A DNA stretch of 64,000 bases, from NCBI GenBank assembly GCA_040954595.2, contig CM082579.2, forward strand, positions 10,963,625 to 11,027,624, written 5' to 3'. Source of the stretch: Balanoglossus misakiensis (Eukaryota > Animalia > Hemichordata). Below, in pieces: positions 36,358-49,400 of the stretch; the stretch's first letter is position 1; the number at the start of each line of letters is the position of its first letter. Under the pieces are notes generated by a model. It was given only the letters and a program-made list of their open reading frames with translations. It did not search any database and was not told where the DNA came from. A program made the position numbers and the translations under genes.

Positions 36358-39344
36358 CTTAGAATGACGTCACTGTTAAACAGAAGGAAGAAACAGGGAT
36401 TTCTTTAATAACTGTGTATTGACTAAACACGATCTTAATTTCAACAAATATTATGATGATGTTTTAAAGCACTGAGTGAAATAGCACCAGAAAGCAACAG
36501 ACACATTGCCAGCCTGAAGATCCGAGTTTATAAACTTTTATGGTAGATGTCCAAGTCACTGGATTCCAAGGTCTCTGATAATGAGGTTATTGACACGGAT
36601 TTGTTGGTGAGATACCGTACGGGTAACAGGGCGTAACCAGGTCAAGGAATTTGGTTGAAGTACGGGTAGCATTGTAGTACCACATGGTGAAAGCGTGCGA
36701 CAGGTATGTAATGCTTGCACTTCAACCGATTAACCAACCAGTGCACGTTGTGACTTCACATCAATCAATCTGACAGATTTTGGCTGACGAGTGGTTTCTA
36801 CCCATTCCCGCCTGCACTCAACAACGAAAATGAAAGAACACCGTTATCGAAAGTTTTATATTATCAACTCTGCTCACGTGCGGCGCGGGTGAGCTGGAAG
36901 ACGCTGCATATTCGATATAGAATAGGTTGTTGCCCCAGAATTCTCCCTGGTTGGTTGACCAACACATAAATTTCACGAAAATTGGGGGAATGCCCAGCTA
37001 CACAAAACGTTCTGACTTATTCCCACGAGCGACTATGGCGATGTTTGAGTGAAAAATTTGTATTTTATAGGATTCGAACATCTACTTATATGGCTCTTGA
37101 TATGATAAACAGCATGACACAAAAGTCGTATGGAACACAGTAGTACAAATTGACGTGCAAAAATATGTTTGTCACGGTACATTTTCCCCGTTGCATAACA
37201 CCAATATGAACGAAATATGTTTAGGTATGCCAGCATTGCATTGAACCCGCAGACATTAAAAACACAGCAAAACAGCCAACCAGTAGCCATATTTCATCGT
37301 ATTGCGACACAGACTATGAAATGGGACATGTATGTCATGATATATTGTCCCTATACATGTACTGAACTTGAATGGAATATGTTCAAGCATGCCTGCGTTT
37401 GGCTGCAGGCATGAAGAATTTTGCTGGTAGGAACGACGTCATTTACTGTGCAAACGCCATCTTTTGTATCTAAGTGTACAATCAATAGGCAAATTTATGT
37501 CTCTAACATGACATCCGTGAAGAGAGAATGATACTTGTACGTACACGCAAAATCGTGACGGGTGATAAAGTATGTCAATATATCTTGCCACTTTAAACAT
37601 TTTCACTTTGTCTTTTGAGGAATTCTGTTTTGCATGTCGGCTCAGTTCAATAGGTGTTTGTTTCACCTCAGGTTGACAGCACATTTCGTGAAGGACATTT
37701 ATGCTTTGAGTTTACATTGGTGGGTGTATGCCGTCAAGAAAAGTTTGACCAAAACAATCTCGAGCCAAAACTTTAAGTTGTAAACGACCACTGTCGGGCA
37801 CACTTTGAGATTTGAGGTGACCTCCCAAAACCTTAGATTTCCACAATCATTACATCAAGATAAACAAATTGTTAAGATTATTATGACAAATGCAAATTAT
37901 ACATACAAAAATCAACAAATGACGTAAATTATTTCTTCCCATCGCGTGTTTTTGAAGGAGTGTCTATACTTATTGATAAGCGTTCACCAAATTTCTTCTG
38001 GTTTCTTATGTTTTCATGTAGTCACCACTTACTAGCAATCTAGGCGTCAGAGACAATAAACAATACATATATTGTTGAAAACGATACGAAATATTTCCGC
38101 CTTACAACTCTGTACTAACATAATAAACGTCCGACTCATATCTTATTATATGTCCGACAATAAGCACCGGATTTATTGTTGAATACGATAAGAAAAATTT
38201 TCATCTAATGACGTCATTTTTCATTCGCCCGTTTATTTTTTTTATCTTCTGTCCGTTTTGAAGATATAGGCAGCAGTTTTAGAGACAAGTCATGTTGGAA
38301 AGTGAATTTATACACGAAATTGGCCGTAACGTTGTGAACAGCAATCACACATTGACTATTCTCGAGACCGTGGTAGTTAATTGATAGTGGCTAAGCTGTA
38401 TTTGCTTGTCTGGTACTAGTAACTGATGGGCGTAGAGTCAAACCGCCCTAACTGGAGAAGTATCTCCCCCCCCCCCCCGAAATATCAAATGGGTCACTCC
38501 TTAAGGCATCTTTTGTTGAACAGACCGAACTTTCTATTGTAACTACGTGCAGATAGTGCTGAGCGATATAGGACACCAACCTAAATGCATATATCGTGAC
38601 TTAACGACTTTATGCATGGCCCTTTCGATGTCAGCTGGTCACGAGACCATGACTCGGAGCTCTCACGCCTTTTACAATTACATACACTTTGGCTAGTATT
38701 ACGTCATGTTCTAATTCTGGTTTAGTGAAATTGCTAAGCGCGTCCTGGTAATTGGCGTGACTTCATAACCGCATTACCACGTTATCGATTTAAATCCTGC
38801 CAAGGTGAGTTTCGCGGAAATGTTGACACTGATTCGTCAAAAACAGATTAACGGGCGTGTATACTATTTGCCTTTGCAAAACAAACGTAATTTGGGCAAA
38901 CACCCAAATGTGCTGCAATCTACCTGAAACTAGTTCAGCGTACGGGTTTCGCCAACGCGACGTCGAGTTTTGTAATTGCAGGGGGCCAGATAGAGGTTGC
39001 TGAACCTTGTGGCAGGGCTCCATTTCTCTGGATCTCATTTACGGTCGTTCCCATCTGGATTCGAACGATAATGTTGATCTAAATGTTATCACACTTGTGT
39101 AATTGGTTTGTGAAGTTGATTCCAACTTTGCTACAGTTGTTGTACAGTTTATATGCTTTGCGGCAAACACAAACAGGATTAATGGTTTCTTACCCGGTAG
39201 GATGCTTCGCCAGTTTGTTTAAATAAGACAATAAAACGAGTCAACTGATTGGCGCTACCCTGACTTTATTTAATAGCCCTGTGTGTGGTAAAAGTTTCGC
39301 GGGAATACTGCAAATCCAACGTGTTTAGTCGCTGTCGGTTCAAC

Positions 39345-39941
39345 ATGGCCGAGTATATGTTCAAGGTTGAGTTTTCCTATTATTATCAAACGCGGATTGT
39401 GCCAGTCTTCATTTCTGACGAGGACTTTCACAGTATGTCTTATAGCGACTTCGAAAACAGAATCACTAGTGATACTCCGTATCTGCGAAGGATGGTCTCA
39501 CTTCGTCTGCAAGTCATGGATTACGAAGGGCAAAGAATTGACCTTCCGACGACAAACAGATTCAGACAACTTATTGACGACAACGCATCTAAAAAGGGAG
39601 GAACACTCAACGTGAAATTGTTCGTTCTCGACGGTACCTCGCCATCCATAAAACGTTCACATTCTGGTGATTCTGAGATCGATCACTGTACTCCACAGAG
39701 TCATTCTATTGCGAGTAAAAGAACGCGAACTAAATTGCAGTACGCTCAAGATGAAAGGGGACCGGAAGTCAACAAACTGAAGCCGACTGATGGACCGACC
39801 ATAGAAAACCGCCGCGATGTACTTGGTGAAAAACTAGACACTCTGACTAAAGCAAAAATTGTCATGGAACGAGAACTGACTGACCTAGCAGTTCGAAGAC
39901 AGAGAGCAAAAGGGAAGGACTGGACACGCACGCGTAGATAA
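39345..39941 (+). CDS. Intronless 198-aa ORF with PB1/ubiquitin-fold-like N-terminus and coiled-coil tail; possibly a transposon-derived fragment
   Basis: Good Kozak context (CAACATGG). FKVEFSY...SYSDFENRI...LRLQVMDYEGQRIDL resembles the PB1 pattern (K..f...l.y.DeeGd.i.l). C-terminal LGEKLDTLTKAKIVMERELTDL is helical. Confidence 0.45.
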   Translation: MAEYMFKVEFSYYYQTRIVPVFISDEDFHSMSYSDFENRITSDTPYLRRMVSLRLQVMDYEGQRIDLPTTNRFRQLIDDNASKKGGTLNVKLFVLDGTSPSIKRSHSGDSEIDHCTPQSHSIASKRTRTKLQYAQDERGPEVNKLKPTDGPTIENRRDVLGEKLDTLTKAKIVMERELTDLAVRRQRAKGKDWTRTRR

Positions 39942-40260
39942 AAGTCTTGCTTTAGCAAGCAATGTGAAGTGTAAGACGATCCTCTTACGACACCCGTAAT
40001 ACCCCACTGTTAGTATTGTAATCAATCTCGATATAACCTCTTTGAATTTACCGCAACATCAACAACTGGGCGCCGAAACTGAAGTAAGATAAGGAACAAC
40101 TTGGCAAACCAAATGTGCAAGTATGGTAACATTTAGATCAACATTATCGTTCGAATCCAGATGGGAACGATAATTCAGTTTCATTTGTTTCGTCTTGGAC
40201 TGTCTGTGACTACACGCCTACATACATGCATGTCTGTCTGTCTGTATGGCTGGCTGGCTG

Positions 40261-40384
40261 GCTGTGTGTGTGGGGGGGGGTATGTATGTATGTATGTATG
40301 TATGTATGTATGTATGTATGTATGTATGTATGTATGTATGTATGTATGTATGTATGTATGTATGTATGTATGTATGTATGTATG
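40261..40384. repeat. (TATG)n microsatellite with flanking (TG)n and G-run
   Basis: About 26 TATG units from 40281. Confidence 0.95.
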
Positions 40385-40462
40385 CATGCATGTTTTTGGG
40401 TGGGTGGTTGTTGGATGGACGGATGGGATGGATGGGTCGGTGGACTGTTGGTTAGGTAATAC

Positions 40463-40486
40463 CATGGAGGTACTAGTACCTCCATG
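40463..40486. mobile_element. 24-bp perfect palindrome in an 8-bp TSD; probable P-like transposon excision footprint
   Basis: GGTAATAC-[CATGGAGGTACTAGTACCTCCATG]-GGTAATAC. Confidence 0.65.
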
Positions 40487-43391
40487 GGTAATACATATAC
40501 ACAACGTTATATGCAAATCAAGACTATTCCACATGCTTCATGTGGTTGCCACAATGTCATGACTGTTATTTGCTTGGTGTAGGCCGGCTCAAGCCCCAAG
40601 GCCGACAAAACAACTCCACATACACGTATTTACCAGACTACAGAGCCCCCTTTCCCCGAGGATCTGTGAACCCATCTTACATAATCGTCTGTAGTTGCCA
40701 ACATGTCAAAATCAAAACCGCTTGCAGCAATCAGATATTTTAACAAGAGCAGGAACATGTGTAACGCCCTCATACATCCTCATTTTAGTTTGGTTACGTA
40801 ATAAATAAAATTATTGTGGTCCCTGGAACCATGGACATGCTGGAACCAAAAGTAACAGTGGTGTTTTATACACCAAATTACAGCGTACCTCACGTGTCGG
40901 AGTCAAGCGGCGATGGCGTAGAAATTTTATTACCTAGATACAGCAAATGATACGACAATTTTATGACTTTTATTACCTAGAGATGAACATCGTATGATCA
41001 AGTGTAAGACGTTGAACTTTCTAATTTTAAAAGCTGACTCATTTTAAGAAAGCGGACAAATGGAATTTTGACAATATAAATATGAGTGATGTACACTTTT
41101 TGAGTGGAATTCGAATTGGAAACAGAGGTTGAGTAGCTAGATGATTATTAAAGATTTGGTTGGAGATCTGAACTTGAACTCCTGGTGTCTGCCTCAGTTA
41201 CTGAAAGTATTACGATCCTGAGCGGTACCTCGACAGAATAAAGACTCTACGGACTGACAGTGAGTGAGAGTCTAAAGTGAGACCGTGACACATGTAATAA
41301 TTAGATCACCGGTCGTCTGTGATTGATACAATACTCAGCATTGACTCACGAAATCAGCGACTGCGTCCACTGTTGTGTCACTGTGCATCCATGTACAAGG
41401 ATTGTTTACTGTGGCGTTTTTCCTTGGGTGGTGGTTCCTCGCTTCTGTACCGGGATTGGCGCGTAGGTGTTGCTGACCACTTCGGTGCTTTGTAGAGTTG
41501 GCCCTGCAGTTGCAGTGCTATCAGGCAGAATTCTTGCTGTTGTGCTGTACACTGCTTCGACTTCAACATACATACACGTTGATCTCGTTTGCTACAGTCA
41601 TAAACTGTAGAAGGTGACTACCCTACCCGACTGAGTATTCGGTGCAGTTGACTTGACCTGCCAAACCTTCTTTTCAGAAAGTCCTTGCTATTGTCCTCGT
41701 GCGTTCCACATAAATATTTAGCCGATCTGGCCTAGGCTCGTATTTTGGGGACGGGCTACTTCGGACCACCCGTCTTCCTTGGGAAAGTTACGTGTTTGTG
41801 TTTTCACTAGTTGCATCCGGGCATGTGACCAGGCAGGAAACGCCAAGTTTTCGGAGGCGTTAAGCAGCCCGATTGGTCATTGGGTGACTCTGGTCGACTT
41901 TGGCAATCTCTTTCAGCCAAGCAAAGGCGCGGATGACCAGTTGAAGTCCAGTCCATGTTATTTTGTAAGCGTACCTACCATGGGAGGATAACTTCGCGGG
42001 GTTTCATCTGCAGTCCTGCCACTAATATAGGTCTTCAAAACAAGGTATGTTCAGAGTGAGTGACGGTGTCAGATGAAGTATTCTCACTTGCAGACCAGCA
42101 TGTATCGATGCACCAATATTGAAACCGCAGCCAATATTTGTATCGACGCACGAGTCAAAAAGCGTCGGGGTTTTTGTTGACATCGGCGTTGCAGGAAAAT
42201 TCGAGTAAGGGTGATTTCGGAAGGCCTACGTTTAATCATGCGTAATGTAGAAAAGCGTGCAATTGGCACAGTTTAATATTACGTTCACTGCTTATGTTGT
42301 TGTGATAACCACCGCCGGTAACATCCTTTTGTTGTGCCAGGTAATACTACCCGGAAATAAAACAGAAAGAAAGAGTGCCCGATCATTACGTAATCGTAAA
42401 AGGTTCTTTAGAATTCTGCCGTTCTGATACTGCCAGGCCTCTACCTACCTGTAGCAGGTAGTGTGCATTAATAAAACATGGTGGGTTTGTGCTGACAGGT
42501 ATTGTGCATTGGCTAAGGTGTTTAATTGATAGCAAAATATTTCACTATCCTGCAATTGTATTCAACAGTTGTTTAATATGCATCCTCCAATGACGCAATC
42601 GTTTGTCATTTTGAAAACCTCGCATCGAGTCTCACAAATGGGTGTACCGTGAGTGAAACGTCACAGTATCTACAGTATTTTAGGTCGACGACTGCGTGTG
42701 TTGCTGCCCTGAAGCGTGAAGAAGGTTCTTGTCAATTCATTAGTGAAGGGCGTTTATGGCATACAGGTGACCGCACTGTTTGAGTCTGAACGAAGTAAAT
42801 ACACGCGCGAAACTTTAACTTCGTGTCTGACCATCTGCCCCCCCCCCCCCGTTGGGGGATTACTTGCTCACATCTGAGGTAACTACTTTCAAATCTAGCA
42901 CATGGATAATGCAGTGTCTTGAACTGCGCATGCACCATGTTATTTATGCCATACGATCCCTGGTGCCGATTAAACGACTATTCTGTTGCCGAACTTCCAG
43001 ACTCTCACATACTGTCGTACCCGAAAGTTGAGACCAAAATGGCCATTGCCCTATTTTACGCTGTTAAACAAGTTTCTTTGATACTAAATCTTTCTGTGGA
43101 AACACTACGCATGAACACGTGACTGCCCATCTAATAGGTCTCCTGACCAACAGTCGCTTAGTCGAGTATGGTTTGCGGTTTTGTGTGTGTAGGCCTACTT
43201 TATGTCCCTTTTATGTCCGTCTCAATAAAATTAGTTGGTTTAGTAGTTCAATGTAACCATTCTTATATTTCGCTACGTTAGAATGTATGCTATGGCTAGA
43301 CTTCGCAAAGCGATCGCATCGACGTACACTCACTCCAATTACGTTTTACAAATGTTGCTGAACTATAATATGCTTAGTTGTTGTATTTGAC

Positions 43392-43451
43392 CACGGTCAC
43401 TCCACACACGGTCATGAATCTAAGTGGGGTCTTTTGTGTGGAGTGACCGTG
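43392..43451. repeat. Hairpin with 17-bp perfect arms
   Basis: CACGGTCACTCCACACA ... TGTGTGGAGTGACCGTG with a 26-nt loop. Confidence 0.75.
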
Positions 43452-45229
43452 ATTTGACATGTATATCAGCATGATACTGAATACTGTGTGCCTTTTCTCC
43501 TAAACTTCTGATGCCTGTAAATAGGCAAGGACATATCGGATCGTCGTAACTTATTATATTTTCAAATCCGATTCTACAATGTTTTACAAACGAAAAATTA
43601 ACCGGACGATAAACTTCTCCCAGTCGGAATAAATGGCAAGTGAATTGGCTCCAGTGAGATTACAGAATCATTTTATCACCTGAATGTTTAAATTGTTCTC
43701 TATGATGAAGAGCCGGTACAGGTATTTCGGAATAAAAATCAAATCCTCGCTATACGTGCTCTATGAATACTCTGTCGCGCGTGTCCAGGGCACTGGCCGT
43801 TCTGAGTTTGCTCAATGAATATGCAGGCCAAGGCAGGGAGGTCTGAGGCTAAAATAGCTCAGACGACCGTCGACACTCTGAACACAGAAAGTGTGCCCAG
43901 GTCGTCCGACACTGGTGTGCGTGGAGCTACATGTGGCTTCGCCCTGCGTACAGGTTTGTGCGTTCAAGGCGTTACACGGTCTTCACCACTGTGGTCTCCA
44001 CTGCAGGCGTCTATGGTGTCTCCATGGTGAACCATACCGTGATCCTTGTATTGGCCTCTCTGCTGTGAACACAGCGTGATGGGCCATGGAGACGGTAATT
44101 TGAGAGTGCTAACTTTCAGGGTGTACTGTACTCGTTTGACCCCAACAACTCTTTCTACCCTAGTGCATATATACTGACCCCTTCACGCTCCTCGCGGGCG
44201 AACTAAAGATTCGCTGTCCTCCCGTTAAAATTTTCAAGGTATCCATCCGCGACGCACCTTGGTTAAGACACAGACAAAGAGCTGCCTGCTTTGCGTTAAA
44301 GCCTCCAGAGCTGCCACTTTTTGCATTATTTTCATGATTTTATTTTCCAACTTACATTGGTCCATCTGAATAAGCTTACTAATGGGTACACATGAACACC
44401 TTATCGATGCCCGATTGTGACTGTATGAAATTGCTATGTATTAAAGCGGTGTCGCACCGATTTAATCCGCCTCCATACAAACAGTACGCAGCTATCGTGG
44501 TATGCGTCGCCAAGAGATGACAAACTGATGCAAATGCAAGTATTATGGCTTAAAGGTGGGGATTTTAGAGGATAGGGAATATTTTTGAAGTATTTTACTG
44601 TAGAAAAAATATGTGAAATTCGGCAGCTATAGGGGCTTTAAAGGAACGGGCAATAAGCATGCGTATTGCGTGAGGGGCAGTTACTTGTATGTAAATCAGC
44701 TTGACAAATATCGTCGCTGACCGAGAAATACGCGCGTATTTATTTGGGTCGACACGTTCCCCAAGGCCAACCTTGCAAAACTATGTGGACCAGACGTCGC
44801 TTGACTGCAGAAACCACTGTAGTTTACAGGTGATCACACAGCACGATAAAATGTCGACCAGAGACCTGGTCCTCGGACAAAAGAACGATTGTAACCAAGC
44901 AATATGAAACGTTGATTTTCCAATAGTTGTGGTCATTTTACTAATGTCCATGATCCGAGGTTACCCCAGCCTCAGCCCTGCATGAACCATTCATATACAG
45001 ACGTCCGCACAAGTTGTGAAAGTGATGCGACGGCCGTGATATTTCGAGACCCGAACGGAAAGTTTGTTGAAAGTTCGTAGCGTCATTCTATTACAGATAA
45101 CCATGTACATGTATAGTCGGAAAAACAATCTACTCAAACAAAAGAGCTATTTAAAATTATACATAACTTATCATGGGTTTTTTTAGCATAAGGAGATCGA
45201 AAGAATTTAACAAACGCCACCCCATTTTA

Positions 45230-45413
45230 GGGACTGGTCAGTTTCTTCGGCCTGGGGATGGAATCTATTTCGAGATATCAAAAAGTGACTGACGCCCCCT
45301 CCCCCCCCCCACATTGAACATGGAAAGTGGGTGGGAACCCCCCCCCCCCCATCAGCCAATTCCAAAACATGATTCCACCGCCCCTCCACAGGCCGAAGAA
45401 ACTGACCAGTCCC
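45230..45413. mobile_element. PIF/Harbinger (Tourist-like) MITE
   Basis: 25-bp TIR GGGACTGGTCAGTTTCTTCGGCCTG / CAGGCCGAAGAAACTGACCAGTCCC, with TTA on both sides. Confidence 0.88.
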
Positions 45414-46454
45414 TTATCAGACTGGGTGCAGCAGTCCAACAAACAGCGGGCTTTGTATTGACTTTGTGGACGGGCAGGTGTATTAATGACTCACAGACGA
45501 CTCGCATTGCACGTACACGTATTGGGTTTCCGAGAAGCAGACGCGATAGCACACCACTCGTTTCGTGTGTACACAGGATAAAGGCTTCATCATTACTGAG
45601 TAAGGGTCAGGATTAGACTAGCCCACTAGTCGCTTGGTGATTTTTAAATCTCAATACTTTTTTGTGTTTTCGGTGGTTTTTTGTCTTAATAAATAATTTC
45701 AATACTTTTTTGCGTTCATGCTTGCCTTGAGCGTGTTTTTGGTAGTGAGGTGAGTTTCGAATTTGGGACTGAGCTTGTGGTTTCGGGTGGCGTCGGCCTA
45801 CGCGCTCCGTACACATAATGAAGCCCATAGACTTTGAGCAAGTCTAGGTCAGGATGCATTGCACAACCTATCAGTGAGGTCTATGTTTGCGTGGATTCCT
45901 GTATTAATGCCATAATCGGTCAGAAATTGTTTGCTAGCAATTGTGTACATTGGCCCTCGCCCCCGATAGTTTACTGCCTGTCCCTCTCATAGTTGCTGTC
46001 GCTGCGGTCCATCACGTAGACAGTCATTCAATCAATATTTAGTAGGTCACATGATCAAGAACAGTTTGTAGGCTTAGTTGCCCTGAAAATCATTCCATTA
46101 AAAGTCATTCCTGCATTTACTTTTCTGTCGAGTCATTAATTCATTAAACTCCGGTATAGTTTCGAGTTTTTTATCATTATAGTGTGACAGTGTAGGAAAT
46201 GGCGGAAATAAGTCCACAATCAAAACTTAAATTACCGTACGGGATCATTGTGCCATATAAGGGTTATTCACAGTGCTCTAGAATTAACGTTAATTATTTG
46301 AAAGGACAAAATGAAAAAATAGATACATAGTCTCGCAAATTAGAGTGTATTATCATGCTATAAGAAGCATATAACTTTCATCTGTCTGTCTGTCTGTCTG
46401 TCTCCCTCTCTGTCTCTCTCTCTCTCTCTCTCTCAGAACTTCATCACAACAGTC

Positions 46455-49400
46455 ATGACTTGGTTCATCGTCGCTCTTCTGGTCGCCGTCCTCTCATCGC
46501 CCTCTACGGCAGCCACTGTGAGATGGCATGAAGCTTCCAGTGGAAATTGGCATGACGAATCCAAATGGAGTCTTGGTCGTGTACCCACCGCTGAAGATGA
46601 CGTTGTTATTGACCTTGGTAGGCGACTTTAATTCATATTCCTGTATCCACTAAGCTCTTAAAATATGGTTCTAAACACACGTATTAAAATCCCACTTGGC
46701 TGTGTTTATGCATTTTTCTTTTTACAATGTATCATTTTCTCTCACAGTTGTCAAAATTGGCCTTTAGCAATGTAATCCTTTACCGGTTACTGTCGCCTAT
46801 GCAATCATTAACTGGACATGAGAATAACCGCATACGACTGTCTGTCTGACAAATAATATCAAAATATCCGATAGACATACTCCAACCCCCCCCCCTCTTT
46901 CCTCCTCAAATAATTCTGGTTAAATTGAACCATGTTACAACCAACACAATGCATGGCTTACATTAGCATACATTTTGGATTTTTTATACAGATGGGTCAT
47001 ACCAGGTAACAGTCAATGGGGATGCCACAGTCACGTCTATATACATGCCTGTAGATACTCCGACACTGCATATTTCTAGAATACTGCGTGTCCATGGCAA
47101 CATTGACGTAAACGGTGCATTGATTTTGGATGCCAGCAGCAACCAGGAAGATGGTCTCTATGTGGATGGCAAGGCTTTTTTCAATGGCGACTTCAACTGG
47201 AGAAATGGCCGCTTGAAGAGCAGCGGAAACGGGCAGGTAACGATGAATGGAATGCTCCAAATCACTCCACCGAGCAGTTATTATTATAGTCACCCCAGAG
47301 TTCGCGTGGAAAAGATACAAGTCACGATTGGCAACGTCGCCATATTGGACGGAAACACGATGTATTTCACCAACGACGGTCACTTTACTGTCGCGGAGGG
47401 CGCCGTTTTCAACATGACCAATTCTCCCAACTTGGCCAGCGAAAGTGGCGGCACCCTACTCAACCAGGGAAAGGTTTACGTGAAATCCGCCAGCACGACA
47501 ACTGTAGGGGTGAACGTCCATAATTTCGGCACGGTTGCTGTAGAAGAGGGCACACTCGCCCTTGGCGGACAGACGACATGGGAAGGCGCCCTCTCAGGGT
47601 GGCAGGACAGCCAGGTTACTTTCAACGGGGGGCGCCACACCTTTCGCAGCACCAGCAGCCTTCTCGGGATTCGCACTGTACGGGCACAGTCACAGGCGCA
47701 AGTCTTGTTTTCATGTCAGAGAGTGGAAGCCAGCGAGATAGAGTGCGAAACAGGCACAATCCGAATCGAGCAACTGACCCAATTAGACCTGCAAGGACTC
47801 ACACTGTGGAATGACGCTCGTTTCGAACTATTCTTGACGAAAGATGGCGAAGCAGGCACTCTCCAAGTTGACGAGATAACTGTTCACTACGCAGCGAGTG
47901 TGACAATAGTGGGAGACCTATCTGTGAACAAGTAAGGACTCGTCAATCACAGATTTTTGTACATAATTTTCTCTCCTGCTTACCCTCCTTAAATTGATGC
48001 AAAATAGAAGTTTCACGTTGTTCGCCAGCCATGTCCTCAAATTTCACAAACTGTTCTCCCTATATGCTATATGTTATTGCACCAGTGTAAATGTTGCGAA
48101 CATTCATGGTAAACTGCTTCAGAGCATTGGAATTGTAGCATAAACAAACTTTGAGTTGAAAAGTCTCAATGAAAGGAGAACATGTTGACGCCTGTGGAAT
48201 GAATTTCATGTGTTCACGATTGTTCTCTACTTTGTTTTGTTGTTTCTCTCCTTCAGATTCAACCTTGAACAAACTGCTAATCGTGGTGGTGTTTTTGACG
48301 TGACTGGTCAGGTGACAATATCTAAGCAGTGGAAGTGGACCGGCGGAGTGATTCAGTGTACAGGTCAAGTAATCGTTGAGGGCGATGTTTCCATTGAGGG
48401 ATCTTCAAGTTGGTACAAGTACGCGCGGAGGGCGCAGTATATTTTCAGAAAGAAAGTTGTACTGCGCACGTTGGCAAGAGTTCACTTGGAGTCAGATGCC
48501 GAGTTTTTCAACGACGTAGGCAGTGAGTTCGTGGTCACTTCCACCAGCGGGTCCCTTGGTGGGGGCGGCAGCTTTGAGAATCGTGGGACTTTAATCTTCA
48601 ATACATACGAGACCACAACATACCAACTGGACCTGGCCAGCTTTAAGAACTTGGGGTCTGTGCGGGTTGAATCCTCACCCTCCTCAGTTTTTAAAATTTC
48701 TGCAGTTGTCACGCCTTCCGGCACTTTCTACATTGACACCGAAAACACTCTGATATTTTTGGGAGAAAGTACAATGACGTCAGATGGTGTTTTCCACGGC
48801 CCTGGAACTTTGCAGATCCAGGGCAACAACTACGAATTCCAGTCGGTAGATGTAGAGAACCTTAGAATCGAGGGAGGCTCTCTGTTCGTTCCTGCATCAG
48901 AGGCCAGTGGCGCACAGCAGACTCTGCCAAATGTTGTTGTTACAGCGGGAACGTTAACCCTACCAGTGTCAGAACAGCCACTACTGATCAAGGACTTGCT
49001 CATCTCTGGCAACGGAAAGATTCTGACAAACAGACAAACCAACATTATGTCACTGCAGATGTCTGGTGGGACCCTTGGAGGGAATGGCGATATCTCGGTA
49101 ACGGATCTATTCGTGTGGGAATCCGGAAGAATAGAAGGGGAATCTGGTCACCGATTGATCATCGAGCGAGATTTGCAAGTCTCTACTTCCAATGATAAGA
49201 TCATTCACCGAGACTTGGTCGTGAGAGGCAACGTGACCTGGGTCGCCACCGATTTCGACGTCACGATTGAAGGGAAGTTTACCATCGCTGAAGAAGCTTC
49301 TCTGAGAATAATCGGCGACCGCATGCTTATTAACAGCGACGATCCTGGGAGGGGGGTCATGGAAAATTACGGAAATCTGGAAATAAACACGCCCTTCGGT

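Noticed and set aside
40161-40562. ORFs with MYVC/HTYI repeats
   Set aside because: These are translations of the (TATG)n microsatellite.
41378-41569. Possible Thr-rich minus-strand exon upstream of the teneurin-like gene
   Set aside because: It ends in a stop codon and has no convincing splice link to exon 1.
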